In this document: positions 46,410 to 60,906 of the stretch, piece after piece
How positions within the stretch are numbered: the first letter of the stretch is position 1
Layout of the letters: each line of letters begins with the position of its first letter
Source of the DNA: Octopus vulgaris
Lineage: Eukaryota
Direction: 5' to 3'
Length of the DNA stretch: 64,000 bases
Assembly (NCBI GenBank): GCA_951406725.2
Contig: OX597830.1
Coordinates: 26,412,001 to 26,476,000, forward strand
Program-made: the position numbers and the translations under genes
The notes under the pieces: generated by a model
What the model was told of the DNA's origin: nothing
Databases searched by the model: none
Seen by the model: only the letters and a program-made list of their open reading frames with translations

Positions 46410-48203
46410 ATGAATATAACTGTATTAATACCTATGTGTGTGTATGTGTGTGCGTGAATGTGTTTGTGGATGGGTAGATGTCAAAAAGACAGATAGTGGT
46501 GTTGTAGCAGATATGTGTCTGTGTGCTTGATTACTATAGATAGAGGGAAAGAGAGAGAAAAAGAAAGAGGAGGGCGAGGTATTGGGACAAAGGCAAAACA
46601 AACCTCAATGGATTGGGTAGTATGTCTTTGAAAGCATAACAAATTTTTTTAAACTAAAGGGGTGAAATATAAATGGAAATATATTAATTAAAATTCAAGG
46701 GGGTTATCTATATTAGTCATTATTCATATGAGTGAAAGGTGTGTTTTCTCCAGTGCAAGCACCTGTAGGACCTCTCGACGATTGAATTTATTAAAGGTAC
46801 TTTGGCGAATAATATATGAAAAAATTAAGAATTACAGACGCCACAAATTTTTCTGCCCTTATCAAACGGAACGGATACCGACAAAATGGACCATTCCAGC
46901 TTGAAGATTGAATTGCTGTCTTTCAGACGCCAACAGATTAAAGTTCTTATTCCAAAATTCCAAAATTAGAAACACAATTTACCAATGCAAAATTTCTTCG
47001 GGTACCGATGTCTTCTTTTACATAGGGGCACCTTCGTCTAAATTAGCCCAAAGGATCTCCAACCATTATTCAACTTTCCGAGATAAGAGAAAACAACACA
47101 GCACGGGATTAAGCAAACTAATTTGGCGTCTGAAAGACAGCAATTCAACCTTCAAGCTGGAATGGTCCATTTTGTCGGTATCCGTTCCGTTTGATAAGGG
47201 CAGAAAAATTTGTGGCGTCTGTAATTCTTAATTTTTTCATATATTATTCGCCAAAGTACCTTTAATAAATTCAATCGTCGAGAGGTCCTACAGGTGCTTG
47301 CACTGGAGAAAACACACCTTTCACTCATATGAATAATGACTAATATAGATAACCCCCTTGAATTTTAATTAATATATTTCCATTTATATTTCACCCCTTT
47401 AGTTTAAAAAAATTTGTTATGCTTTCAAAGACATACTACCCAATCCATTGAGGTTTGTTTTGCCTTTGTCCCAATACCTCGCCCTCCTCTTTCTTTTTCT
47501 CTCTCTTTCCCTCTATCTATAGTAATCAAGCACACAGACACATATCTGCTACAACACCACTATCTGTCTTTTTGACATCTACCCATCCACATACACATTC
47601 ACGCACACACATACACACACATAGGTATTAATACAGTTATATTCATTCACTCACACAGACTCCCATTCACAAAAGAATTTAACAAAACCCACCATACATA
47701 CAACCTGTTCCAAATCACCTTACTTTTCTTAGGCCTCTCTCCCCCTACTTCGTTTGAACTCTTGAACCTTTAGAACCTTCTAGAATTTTCTACATTCAAC
47801 CAGTTTGACGTCTCTCATTATAAAGGAATATTAAAGAGACACTCATTATCACTATGCGCTCCGTGAGAGCAGTCATCTAAAAGTTTTTGTGAATCTTGAT
47901 GTTGACATAAATTCCTTGTTTTTCCTGATGAGAAAGCGGCATAATGTATTCCTTATTCCTTCACAATTAGGAATATGCAGCCTTCGAAACATATGTCGAA
48001 AATAAAGGAAATTTGTTAATTTGTCGTTCAACTCCATTCTTTCATTTATTCATATATTTTATAAAAATACACACAAATTTCCACACGAAAACACGTAGTC
48101 TCTGCCCTAGGCACGTAACTTCAACCGTGTTATTTCTGATGTGAATTTGCTACCCAGGTATCGCTTAAACGAATTATCCATAAAAAGAAATTTCATTTTT
48201 CTA

Positions 48204-48205
<2 letters not shown>
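46410..48205 (+). mobile_element. Penelope-like 3' fragment (GIY-YIG plus tail) with a 524-bp inverted duplication at its 5' end
   Basis: TIYQCKISSGTDVFFYIG..RISNH, same family as the 16-kb element. 46410-46933 is the reverse complement of 47123-47646. Confidence 0.9.
47912..48010 (+). ncRNA. Type I hammerhead ribozyme in PLE tail
   Basis: TTCCTTGTTTTTC-CTGATGA(47925-31)-GAAAGCGGCATA..TATGCAGCCTTC-GAAA(47986-89)-CATATG-TC-GAAAATAAAGGAA. Perfect core, GUC site. Confidence 0.85.
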
Positions 48206-48269
<64 letters not shown>

Positions 48270-48289
48270 CCACTGTCTGGTACTGCATC

Positions 48290-48355
<66 letters not shown>

Positions 48356-48786
48356 GGCGACAAGCTGGCAGAATGGGGAGCACACTGGGTGAAATGCTTA
48401 GCGATATTTTGTCCGTCCTTACGAGCTCGGTTCAAATTTTACCGAAGTCGACTTTGCTTTTCATCCTTTCGGAGTCGAGGAAAGTTTAGTCCTGGAGTTG
48501 ATATAATCGACTATCAGCCTCTCCTAATTTCAGGTCTTGTGCCCATAGTGAAAATTATTATTATTATTATTATTAAGGCGGCGAGTTGGCTGAATCGTTA
48601 GCACGCTAGACGAAATGCTTACCCGTATTTGCTCGTCGCTACATTCATTGTTCAAATTCCGCCGAGGTTGACTTTACCTTTTATCCTTTCGGGGTCGATA
48701 AAATAAGTATCAGTTGAACACTGAAGTCGATGTAATCGAATCATCACCTCCCCAAAAATTGCAAACCTTGTGGCAAAACTTGAAAC

Positions 48787-48844
<58 letters not shown>

Positions 48845-48893
48845 GTTATTATCATCATCATCATCATCATCATCATCATTATTATTATTATTA

Positions 48894-48959
<66 letters not shown>

Positions 48960-48966
48960 CATTATT

Positions 48967-49013
<47 letters not shown>

Positions 49014-49252
49014 TATTATTATTATTAAAACGGCTAGCTGGCAGAATCGGTAGTCCGCAGGCTACGTTCTGACTTCAAATTCCGTTGAGGTCGATTTTGC
49101 ATTTCATCCTTTCGGCATCGATGAAAATAGTACCACAAGAGTACTTTTTGTAATTGATGTTAGTGCAAATTACAAATTCGTAATTGATTGTATTTATTTT
49201 TTAAAATGATCTTATTTTTATTAATTTTTTTTTTTTTTTTTTTTCTTGACAG

Positions 49253-49486
49253 CGAAATGTCCAGTCAATGTTATTTACGGTGCCATGCTTGAAAATGCAG
49301 AAAATATCGCCGAACCAGAGCCAAAATCTTACTTTTTTTGCATGCTGGCTTGTAAAGAGAATACTTCGTGTTATTCTGCCAACTATAACGCAGACACATC
49401 CGCATGTTACGTGAATCACAGAAATTCGTGGAGCGCCAATATCACTTTACAATCGAGTAATTGGATATACACGGAAATTGATAGAT
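49253..49486 (+). CDS. PAN/apple domain exon (domain 2)
   Basis: poly-T..gacAG acceptor, GTAAGC donor, 234 nt, phase 1-1. ..SYFFCMLACKENTSCYSANYNADTSACYVN..WIYTE. Confidence 0.88.
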
Positions 49487-50520
49487 GTAAGCCAACGTTT
49501 TAGTCTGTCTGTCGATCTATCCAATCCAGCCTTCTATTGTAATGCAAAATTCTACACATAGTATATGTATGCATATATTTATGTATATATAAGGCGGCGA
49601 GCTGGCAGAAACGTTAGCACGCCGGGTGAAATGCGTAGCCGCATTTCGTCTGTCGTTAAGTTCTGAGTTCAAATTCCGCCGAGGTCGACTTTGCCTTTCA
49701 TCCTTTCGGGGTCGATAAATTCAGTTACGCACTGGGGTCGATGTACTCGACTTAATCCGTTTGTCAGTCCTTGTTTGTCCCCTCTGTGTTTAGCCCCTTG
49801 TGGGCAGTAAAGAAATGTATATATACATGTATACCAGGTATGTACACACACACATACACTCTCTCTCTCTCTCTCGCACATACACATACATAATATACAT
49901 TACATGTACTATACACATTATATGCACATATATATGTGTGTGTGTATATATATATTTGTGTTGATTGCTCCATATTCACAAACGGTTACCGTCACCTTGT
50001 ACCCTTCCATTTTCAGTGGCATTTCTGACATTTCATCCATGACACTTCAAATAACTATTCAGTCTTATCTCAGACGTGCATGATTTAAAGTATTGGTGAC
50101 AGATGTAAGTTGTAACTTACTTTGCATTTCCAAAAGGTTGTGTCTGTATACGTCGCCACGCTTCTGTCTACATAGGAATTTAAGTAGACAGGATTATGGT
50201 AAAAATGTTTATATTGCACGAACTCCTCTTTCTGAAACTCAGTTAATAGTATCAGGTGATAGGCCGAAGCAAGATATACAGTAGTAATGTAAAACCGCAG
50301 GTTTTACATCAAAACGTCCCGCTCCTAGATGGAATCTGTGGCAATAGTTAGGACTCTCTCCGGTGTGCGCCCTAGATATAGCAAAGGGGATTTCTGCATC
50401 ACTGTATTTAGATGTATTGTCATTATGTAAGGTAGTTAACCCATAGCTGAGAACCTGACAGGTCTACTACTCGAGTCAGTGTAGACCACACGAAATTCTA
50501 GAAGTCATGAACCAAAGTCG

Positions 50521-50578
<58 letters not shown>

Positions 50579-50738
50579 GCTACTACTACTACTACTACTA
50601 CTACACAGCAGCAACCACGGAATTACTGCCATAAGAACACTCGGAGTTCTTCACTAATCTAAACAATATTTTTAGCCTGATGTTCCAACAAAAAGCTTAT
50701 GAAGTATTTAGCATGGATTTATATTCCCTCACTAATAG

Positions 50739-50773
<35 letters not shown>

Positions 50774-50979
50774 TATACATACTGGAAAATGTATGAGATC
50801 CTTGGTACAGTTAGGTATATTTGAAAAAAGTAAAAGAATGTCTCCACTGGTAGTTCTAATCAGTTTAATTTACTATTCATAGATTTAGTGAACTAGATCT
50901 TTTATATTATTAAAAAACTAGAAAATGTAAATGAAACTGATTAGATCTACCAGTGAAGTCATACTTATACTTTTTTCAA

Positions 50980-51051
<72 letters not shown>

Positions 51052-51802
51052 CTGAGAGAAATATAAAAAATTATCTCTCCAATTATTCTAAACGGGACTC
51101 CTGTTAAGTGAATAATAAATGTAAAACTAAAAATGTTATATATAGATGTATAATTACATCCGAGGGAAATGAATACTTTTGCATTGGAGCGACTTCACAA
51201 ATTTTCAATAAGAGACTGACTAATCATATAAGTTCATTTAGGGATAATGATTAAAGTTTCCAAACAAGTCTAAATATATTAATCTGGTCTTTTAAACACA
51301 GAAACAAAGATTACACAATCAATTCTAGACAGGAACAAGTTTCAAGATACATGCTCACGAAAAAATCAGTTTAGATGAGTAATAAAAATTTAAATAGTTG
51401 AATGTTTTGAAATAACGGGCTAAAAGTGATTATCTAATCAAAACTTGTATTTAAGATAGTTCGCGTCTAAATTAAGGAAAAACTTCACATCATACAACGC
51501 ACAGTAGATATAGAAAAACTTTAAACAGTTACATCAAAGTATGTTAAAGTAAAGACGCTGAAGAAACTGCACCGGTATTATAGTAGAGTTGAAATTACCA
51601 CGGTTACTAACTGATGCAGTAGAAACACATGTAAGCCTATGTGAAGTTGAATATATATATATATTTTCTACTCTAGGCACAAGGCCTGAAATTTTTGGGG
51701 AGGTGCCAGTCGATTAGATCGACCCCAGTACGCAACTGGTGCTTAATTTATCGACCCCGAAAGGATGAAAGGCAAGTAGATCTCGGCGGAATTTGAACTC
51801 AG

Positions 51803-52550
51803 CTCGTCAACATCTCCCCAGCCGAACTCTCGGCTCGTCGTTCCCTCCGACGGCGCACTGACATCGTTATTAAACCCACCGACAAAGATGGAGCTGTGGT
51901 GATATGGCGCGCGGACATCTACAAGGCCGAAGTTCTCCGCCAACCTCATGACACCTCCTTGTACTGCCCTCTGCCCTCTGACCCCACGCCCAGCTACAAC
52001 AGACAGTCTCCTCTACTATCCATGACCTCATCTCGTCCTCCCGTCTCCCCCACACTGCATCCAACCTCATTGTTCGAACCCCCCGCACCCCCACCTTTTA
52101 CTTCCTCCCCAAAATCCACAAACCCAGCATCCCTGGCCGCCCCATCGTCTCCGCCTGTAACTGCCCACCTAGCTTATCTCAAAATATCTCGACCGTGTCC
52201 TTGCCCCCCTAGTGGCTTCTCGTGCTTCTCACATCCATGACACCAACCATGCTCTTCATCTATTCAACTCTTTCTCCTTCCCTCCTGGCTCCTCCAAACT
52301 TCTCTTTACACTGTGATCCCTCACCACGAGGGGCTGCGTGCACTGAAACACTTCCCGGACCTCAAAGCCAATCCCCAACCCGAGACCTCCACACTCGTTC
52401 GTCTGGCCGAACTTGTCCTTCCACTCAACTGCTTCTCGTTCGCGGGCGAGTTCTACCAGCAATGACACCCCGGTCCCACGCCATTTCCGCTCCACCGGTC
52501 ACTCCTTGCAACACCTGTCTGTGTTCGGATTGTCCTTGCACAGAGGCCAA
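51803..52550 (+). mobile_element. Internally deleted Penelope-like fragment
   Basis: IVIKPTDK..AVVIW, DPT, FYFLPKIHKPSIPGRPIVS, then a jump to the C-terminal PVPRHFRSTGHS. Confidence 0.85.
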
Positions 52551-53089
52551 TGGTTAGCATTCCATACAACTTCGTTCAAGAGTCGATCGTGGATATGGTC
52601 TGAAACGAAGTAAGTTTATGTTTGGGTAATGTTATTTAGCTAGGTTACGAAAGTTTTTGAAAGAAAAGTGTATTTCGTATAACCTGATATGGCTACTAAG
52701 ACTACAATGTAGTTGACTTAGATTTAAATTTTTAATAGGAGTGTATGTATGGGAGTGTGTTGGTGTATCTCAGGGCCCGATTAAGACACATAGATACCCT
52801 AAGCACTTAAAAGATATCGATGCTCTAATGTATATCTAATTCAAAATATAAACAATAATAAATAATAAAATAAAATTTTCTGATCATATGAACCACTTTG
52901 AATATATTTTAGCAAGTTTAAAGTGATTTCTTTTGTGCCACAAACAGTTTAGCATTTTGTGGTACCCTCCTTCACTTTATGCCCGAAGAAGGTACTTATT
53001 TTGCTTAATAGTAAATCAAGCGATGGTGTATGTATTTTAAGTATACGTTTATACACAACTAGTAGTAAAATTACGTCGTTGTATTTCAG

Positions 53090-53179
53090 ACAAGTTTGAC
53101 AACCAAGTGAGGGTTTTGACGGATATGAACGTAAACCAATGTCATGTGAAATTTCTATTCGATCTCAGAATGATAGAGG
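53090..53179 (+). CDS. 90-nt internal exon, gene copy 2
   Basis: Same splice sites as 2324-2413. KFDNQVRVLTDMNVNQCHVKFLFDLRMIE. Confidence 0.6.
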
Positions 53180-54320
53180 GTAAGATGAAGTTTTCAGTAA
53201 ATTATTTCTGTATCATTTATATTTAAGTCGCAATTAAATAAAAGATCCCAATGACAATGTGGACGCTATCCGATTGTTTTATTTGTAAGAGTGTTGGTGT
53301 CCTACATCTGGAATTCTTTAATGGCATTCTATAAAATTTATTTCTTGTCTATTGATAAAATTTATTTTACTTAATTTTTTATACATATAAATAATCCAAT
53401 ATTTATATTTTATGCTTTTCAATTTTGGTTTCAGTAATAATTACTCTTTGTCTCTAAGAAGCGATGCCGGTACAAAGAGTAGAGTAGAAAGAGAAATTCT
53501 TGCACAAGAGGGATAATATTCTCATTTAAATGATCGTAGAACGTTCGGTATGGCTTTAAGTTGATGTGAACATGAGAGAGCACAAAGGGAGAGAGAAAAG
53601 GCATTTCAATTTAGTGACATTACAAGCTTGCTTTCCAAAGACACCATATTTTTCTCTCAATTTTCCCTCTTTATTTTCCACTTCTAACTTTAGAGGCAAT
53701 GTTTTTAAGCTTTAATTTTCGTGTCCAGTAGTTTTTCAGGTTCGATTAATTAAGTATATTCTTACCCCTGCGACAGTATGTTCTCTACAAGTAGATAGCG
53801 ACGCGCACAGACATACATGCATGCATACAACATTCACACATACAAATATATGTATATACAAACACGGATGTTACGAAAGTAAGGTAAATGGGGGCATAAC
53901 TTTTTTATTAACTGACATTGGTCATATTAACAAAGCAACACTTCCCCTATACCAATGTACTCTCTCACAACAATCTTCACCCAAGTGATGCATTTGTACC
54001 ATTCTTGAACACAACTCACGAATTCTCTTTGAGAAATATTAGATATGAAATTTTGAGAAATTTCAGTTTTCAGAATCTTGCTTATATTTTTTGCCTCATA
54101 ATGGCGACTCTAATCCTTCTAAGTATTATTAAAAGTTATATAAGCGCAGGAGTTGCTGTGTGCTTACCAACCATAAGGTTCCGGTATCTGTCCCTCTGCG
54201 CGGCACCTTGTGCAAGTGTCTCTTACTATAACCTTGGGCTGACCAAACCCTTGTGAGTGGATTTGGTAGACCGAAACTGAGAGAAGCCCGTCGTATATAT
54301 ATATATATATATATATATAT

Positions 54321-55407
54321 ACTAGCTGAAGGTGACCCGCGTGTAGAGCGGGTCAGAGTGTGGTTGTTACTTTCTGTTGCCTCCTTTCAGCGCGTAAAAA
54401 GCACCATCCGAACGTGGCCTCTGCCAGCCCCCCTGGCACCTGTGCCGGCGGCACGAAAAAAGCACCCACTATTCTGACAGAGTGCTTTGCGTTAGGAAGG
54501 GCATCCACCTGTAGAAACACTGCCAGATCAGACTGGAGCCTGGTGCAGCCTCTTGGCTTCCCAGACCCTGGTCAAACTGTCCAACCCGTGCTAGCACGGA
54601 AAACGGACGTTAAACGATGATGATGATGATGATGGTGATGATTCTCCCTCTTTGTTTCTCTCTCACTTTTCCCACATTCTTACTCTTCCTTTCTCTCGGA
54701 CTCTCCCTCGCTTTCTCTTACTCTCTATCTTTATCTATCTCTCTCCCATTTATAAACAACAAAAGATCTTGAGTAAGTTGAGAAATAAAATATTTAGAAA
54801 GATCAATCATAAATATCAGGCAGTAACAACGGAAAGGTCTGCTTCAAGGCAGACAGCAAAACACTGAATAAAAATAATAAAATATTGGAAACCAAAGTTT
54901 GAAGGGATAGAATCTGAGGATAGTAGAGTCACTATGGCTGGCATTTCTTAACGACGGATAGCAACGTTTTGACAGTTTAACGGCTGGCGTAAAATTTTGA
55001 ACTTGATGTAAAAGAAAATCCCTAAACACCAAGTTTTGAAGTGATTCTTTCTCACGACAGTAGACTCACCATGGCAAGTATTCAAAACTTCTTCATCATG
55101 GACGGCAACACATTGACGATTAAAAGGCTGGCGCAAATTTTTTAGCTTGATGTAACAGAGAATTGCTAAACACCTGCTCCTTTAAATTTGTATCCTCTTC
55201 CAGCCCCATTTAGACCCCTTTTCACATTTCGGTTAATATAACCCGATTTCATTCGGGTCTACTGGGGCCACATTTTATAAGATGAGGAATTTTGTCCTAG
55301 AGGTGATGCCTTTCATTTGAGGAAAAAAAATAGTTGTCATGCAAACTTGCCAGCACTTTTAACATAGGTGTGCATATTTTCAGCTCAACCGACCACATAA
55401 TGCACAC

Positions 55408-55498
<91 letters not shown>

Positions 55499-56245
55499 GA
55501 GTCTCTCTCATACGTGAGCGTTGACGCTGAATTCGACTGGTAAGCAGGTAACCTTGTCTTTGTTGAAATAGTTGTGAGCTACTGGAGTAATTTCTCTGAC
55601 GGGTAATAGGAATTTCCATATCCTCCGAGGAAACGAACTGTTGACCCAGACAATTAGAATTGATTTTCATAAAAGCATCAATTTAACAAAAAATAATAAA
55701 GTAGTAAAAAATGAAAATTTAGCACGAAAAATTTGCAGGGTTCTAAATAAATGTTAAAATGTAATAGATACGAAAAACCTACGTTATCACCAGAACACGA
55801 ACGCTCGTTGGTGTGTTCTGTTTGTATTTGCTCGATCGGCGCGTTGACAGGCAGACAATAGAATGCGATGGCGAGGTTCATAATATTTGTTGTCATGTGT
55901 TGGCTGTGGCGATGATAATTCTCTCTATGAATGCAGACAGATACATAAGTGAAAGTTATGGGAAGGTAGGAAATAGAGTGAGTGAAAAAGTACTGGGAAG
56001 AGAGGAAATAGCGAGAGTGAGTTGAGGAAGACAGATACATTAAAGAACGTAAGTGGACTTGTCAAAGTGGGTTTTTGGCCCTAGCAATATACATTTTAAG
56101 ATAGGGATTTTTAAGGAAGCCCACGGGCATCGTCACATCATTTTACATGTCCCTGTAAATTTTGGAGTGAATCCGACGGGATCTAGTGGCCTTGAAAGCG
56201 ATCCAAGCGGTGGAAACGCATTTCAGTTTTATATATAGAGATATA
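54321..56245 (+). mobile_element. Single Helitron-like element nested in a split SINE A
   Basis: Same termini as the units at 3688-7645. Confidence 0.65.
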
Positions 56246-56983
56246 TATACAGTTGCGGCCAAAATGTTCAGAATGACATTGTTGTCGTCAGAAAAGTAGG
56301 TATGATTTTTTATCAAATTTGTTTTATATTCTATCATTTTCACAGACAATAAATACGATATTATTTGTTATTGTCTGAGATTGTCTGAGGCTGCAACTGT
56401 ATATACATATATATATAAATATATATTTGTGTGTCTGTGTTTGTCCCCCCCCAACATCGCATGAAAACCGATGCTGGTGTGTTTACGTCCTCATAACTTA
56501 GCGGTTCGGCAAAAGAGACGGATAGAATGAGTACTAGGCTTACAAAGAATAGGTCCTGGGGGCGATTTGCTCGACTAAAAGCGGTGCTCCAGCATGACCG
56601 CAGTCAAATTACCAAAACAAGTAAAAGAGTAAAATAGTAAAAGAGAGATACATCTTTATACATATCATCAAACTCACACACGCAAACATAGACACACACA
56701 CACAAACATAGACACATACACAAACACACACACATATGTCTATATTAGAAAAAGAAGGGAAATTTCGAACACAGGAAAATATCTGTGAAGACTCTTAAAG
56801 AATGGTCTGAACAAATTCTCGCAAGGCGATAAACCGTAGCCGACGACCCACAACGGGGAATCGACGATTCTCTGTACATGGCTTGCTGGTCACATTTTCT
56901 TGACTTACAAGATTGTTTCTAGTCGAACTAGTAAGCAGCTTCTCTTAATTTCTAAAAAATACTAACTCATCCGACACGTGGGT

Positions 56984-57027
<44 letters not shown>

Positions 57028-57168
57028 ACGCATATATATATATATGCCCATGTGCACGGCATATGGCGCAGTGGTTAAGAGTGCGGGCTACTAACCCCAA
57101 GATTCAGAGTTAGATTCCAAGCAGTGACCTGAACACTAACAATAATAATAATAATAATAATAATAATG

Positions 57169-57212
<44 letters not shown>

Positions 57213-57365
57213 TAATAACATCCAAAATACCTGCATGTATGGGCGTGTGTATGAGTTTTTAAATGAATGAGGGCATAGATATATGAACATTCACAACTGT
57301 AAATACAGAATTTTGTAACAAATGTTCCTTCATTTCATATTGTTTTAACTTTTATATTTTTACAG

Positions 57366-57562
57366 AGAGAAGCGGTATTAGCAATGATTCTATGAAGAGG
57401 AGTGTTCTTTTTGAGGCGAAACAGAATACGTTAGCCGACATAAGGATGCAAACGTTGGGCTCTGTCGAAGGTAGCATGGCGTGTGCAATCAAATGCATGG
57501 AAGATCTGAACTGTGTCGGATTCAGATATCACTCATTCTGTGAAGTAGCTCTAAAGTACTGA
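57366..57562 (+). CDS. Terminal exon with PAN/apple domain 3, gene copy 2
   Basis: tttttacAG acceptor. RSGISNDSMKRSVLFEAKQNTLADIRMQTLGSVEGSMACAIKCMEDLNCVGFRYHSFCEVALKY*. Confidence 0.8.
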
Positions 57563-57703
57563 TTTTGGAAAGAATGTTTTAAAACGTATTCTTCACACAA
57601 ACACACATACGTATTACCTATATATCTACACATATGCACACGCCTACACACAAACTCTCATGCACACACTCACACAAATACTCACATACGTAAATACACA
57701 CAG

Positions 57704-57777
<74 letters not shown>

Positions 57778-57991
57778 ACATATACGAGAACACACGCATG
57801 TTAACACACCGTTACACATACTTTCATACATACAAATACACAGACGCAGGTTCGCATACACATGTGGCACACACAGCTACACATCTATATACACACCTCC
57901 GCGCACCTGCCAGCATGTTTTCGTGCTCCAGGTAAACACATATCTCTCAACGCATTCACATGCCCCTACACTCATACACGTATATACACAC

Positions 57992-58072
<81 letters not shown>

Positions 58073-58769
58073 CAGATAGATAGATAGATGGATTGACAGA
58101 CAGATAGATATTTAGCAGAAGTAATTACACACACACAGACACGCACATACACTGACACACAGACACTGAGACCTGCCTTACGCACACACGTATAACCATA
58201 CATACATGCGCTCACACACACACACATTCACACTCACACACACACGTACACGCATATGTACACATAAACGTATACACTTACTGACCTACACACACGTACG
58301 CACACATTCACACGCACATGTACAGATACACGTGGACATGTACAGACACGTACACAAATACAGACCTACATACGCGTACACATACTCGTATACACCCACA
58401 CACACACTCTCATAGAGACACACACGTATACATGTACGCACACGCACATACATACACTCGCAAGCGCGCACACAGATATACACAGACGCACGCACACAAG
58501 CATACACACACACACGCATATATTTACACGCACGGAGAAAATATGCGTTTTTGTTGAAGGATTTACTCTTTTACTTGTTTCAGTCATTTGACTGTGGTCA
58601 TGTTGGAGCACCGCCTTTAGTCGAGCAAATCGACCCAGGACTTATTCTTTGTAAGCCCAGTACTTATTCTATCGGTTTCTTTTTCCGAACCACTATTTTA
58701 TGGGGACGTAAACACACCAGCATCGGTTTTCAAGCGATGTTGGGGGGACAAACACAGACACAAACATAT

Positions 58770-58814
<45 letters not shown>

Positions 58815-59483
58815 TACGACGGGCTCCTTTCAGTTTCCGTCTACCAAATCCACTCACAAGGCTTTGGTCGACTAAGGCTATAGTAGGAGACATTTGCCCA
58901 AGGTGCTACGCAGTGGGAATGAACCCGGAACCATGTGGTTCGTAAGCAAGCCACTTAGCACACAGCAACTCTACAGAAATCTGAGACATTCTTCTCATTT
59001 CGAAAGATATCCTAGGTTGTCCATAATATATATTGGAAATATATAAGTTCCCCGATTAATCTTGTATTAGTAATGGTTTTGAAAATAAATTCATTGTCAC
59101 ATTGGTGTTTCTATCTTGAAGCTAGAAATATTAGGAAGACTTCGTAAAACTGTGAGCAACAATTATTTTGAAATTCAGCACGTGTTCGAAGTTTAATTGC
59201 ACTAATTTCTTTTATAGATGTGAAATAATTTTATGTCAAATATTTCTGAAATATATTTCCCATTTTTGTCTGCTTTATATATCTAATACAGACGCTTATT
59301 TAAAAGTGCACATACTCACAAACAGATATATGCGTGTATATGCGCCATATACGCATATACACGCAAATATGCATACACACATTTGTGCATACATGTATGC
59401 TTATATGCCTACATACGAAAATAGATACACACACTCAAACATACACACAAATACATACAAATGTACACACACGCACATACTCA

Positions 59484-60848
59484 CCTGCCACCCTCCACTC
59501 TGCCCCGCCAACGCACCGTTCTCCTAACCTTCCGGCGACTCCAGTCCGACACCTCCACCTCGCACATCTTGCCCAACCTACCCCTTCCCTCCTTAAAACG
59601 AGCGCATAACCTACGAGACCTCCTGGACCACAGTTCCTTCCCTAACCCCATCTCCCAGCCTGGCTCGTTCCCCTGCTCCCGTCCATGCTGCCGCACCAAT
59701 CCCTACTTCTCCAACACCACCATCCTCACAGGCACCCATCATCTTCCCTATCACACTATCGACTTCTTTACTTGCATTTCTAGTAACGTCATTTACTGCA
59801 TCTCCTGCCCTCTCTTTCTCCTTCCCTGTACAACGGTCAAGCGAAACACCACTTGGCTGACCGGTTTGCGGAGCACCTCCGAGATATCAGACTCAGCAAT
59901 GACACTCCGGACTCGCACCATTTCTGCTCTGTCATTCGTTACAGCATCTATCTGTGTTCGGACTGTCTTTGCACAGGGACCATCCGGACTCCCGCCTTCA
60001 CCGTGAACAAGAATTAATCATCTCTCTTTGCTCTTTTGCGCCACACGGGCTCAACACACATCTTCTTTTCATCTGGCATCTTTCTCAGCTCCTCTTTTCA
60101 TTTGACAGCATCCACACCACTCTACACACACTCTAGCACTGACCACTTCTCAGCATCCACACCACACCATCATCCACTCACTCACACACAATCTTCGATA
60201 GCATCCCCACTCATACCATTACATGAGTTTCCTCACACACTGTTTAACTAAGTACACATACCCTCATGCACATTCCCACACCCTCACAAGCACATAATAC
60301 CCCGAACACAGACAATCTATGCTACCACACCCACACAAGAACGTAATACCTGAACACAGGCAATATCTACATACACACGCAATAAACTCACACAACATAC
60401 ACAGACAAAGATAACTATCGCCCACATTTATACACCATACACATGCACAATGTTTGGTCAGAAAGAGAGAGACGCACACATGTGCACACTCTACATGAAA
60501 AAGCACACCTCAACTGTTACACACACACACACATACAAACACTTACACACTCACACACACCATTCTCACATACCCACACACACACAAGCGCAGCTTCTTT
60601 TGGGATCACTAGTACTTTATTATCTCCCTTTCTTTCAAACTTTTTTCCCAATCATTCGCCATGCTGGACCGCTGAAATCTACAGGTTTCTTTCATTCTCT
60701 CTCTGTTTATTTTCTCTTAATCTTTTCAGTTGATGAGTCTAGGCTCGAAATTCGAAATATTTTGTCGAGCGTTAAACTAATAAACTTGCTTGTTGTTCAT
60801 ACACCTGTCTTCGTCTTTTATTTTTCTATAAGTTTCTACTATGATTAA

Positions 60849-60850
<2 letters not shown>
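59484..60850 (+). mobile_element. Penelope-like 3' fragment (paralog of 10845-12200)
   Basis: Near-identical sequence within the duplication. Confidence 0.75.

Positions 60851-60906
<56 letters not shown>

Noticed and set aside
50017-50104. Exon-like segment with a good acceptor and GTAAGT donor
   Set aside because: Stops in all three frames. At most a decayed exon.
52551-52613. WLAFHTTSFKSRSWIWSETK resembling a C-type lectin motif
   Set aside because: That frame ends in phase 2 and hits a stop in the next exon. No other CTLD parts were found.
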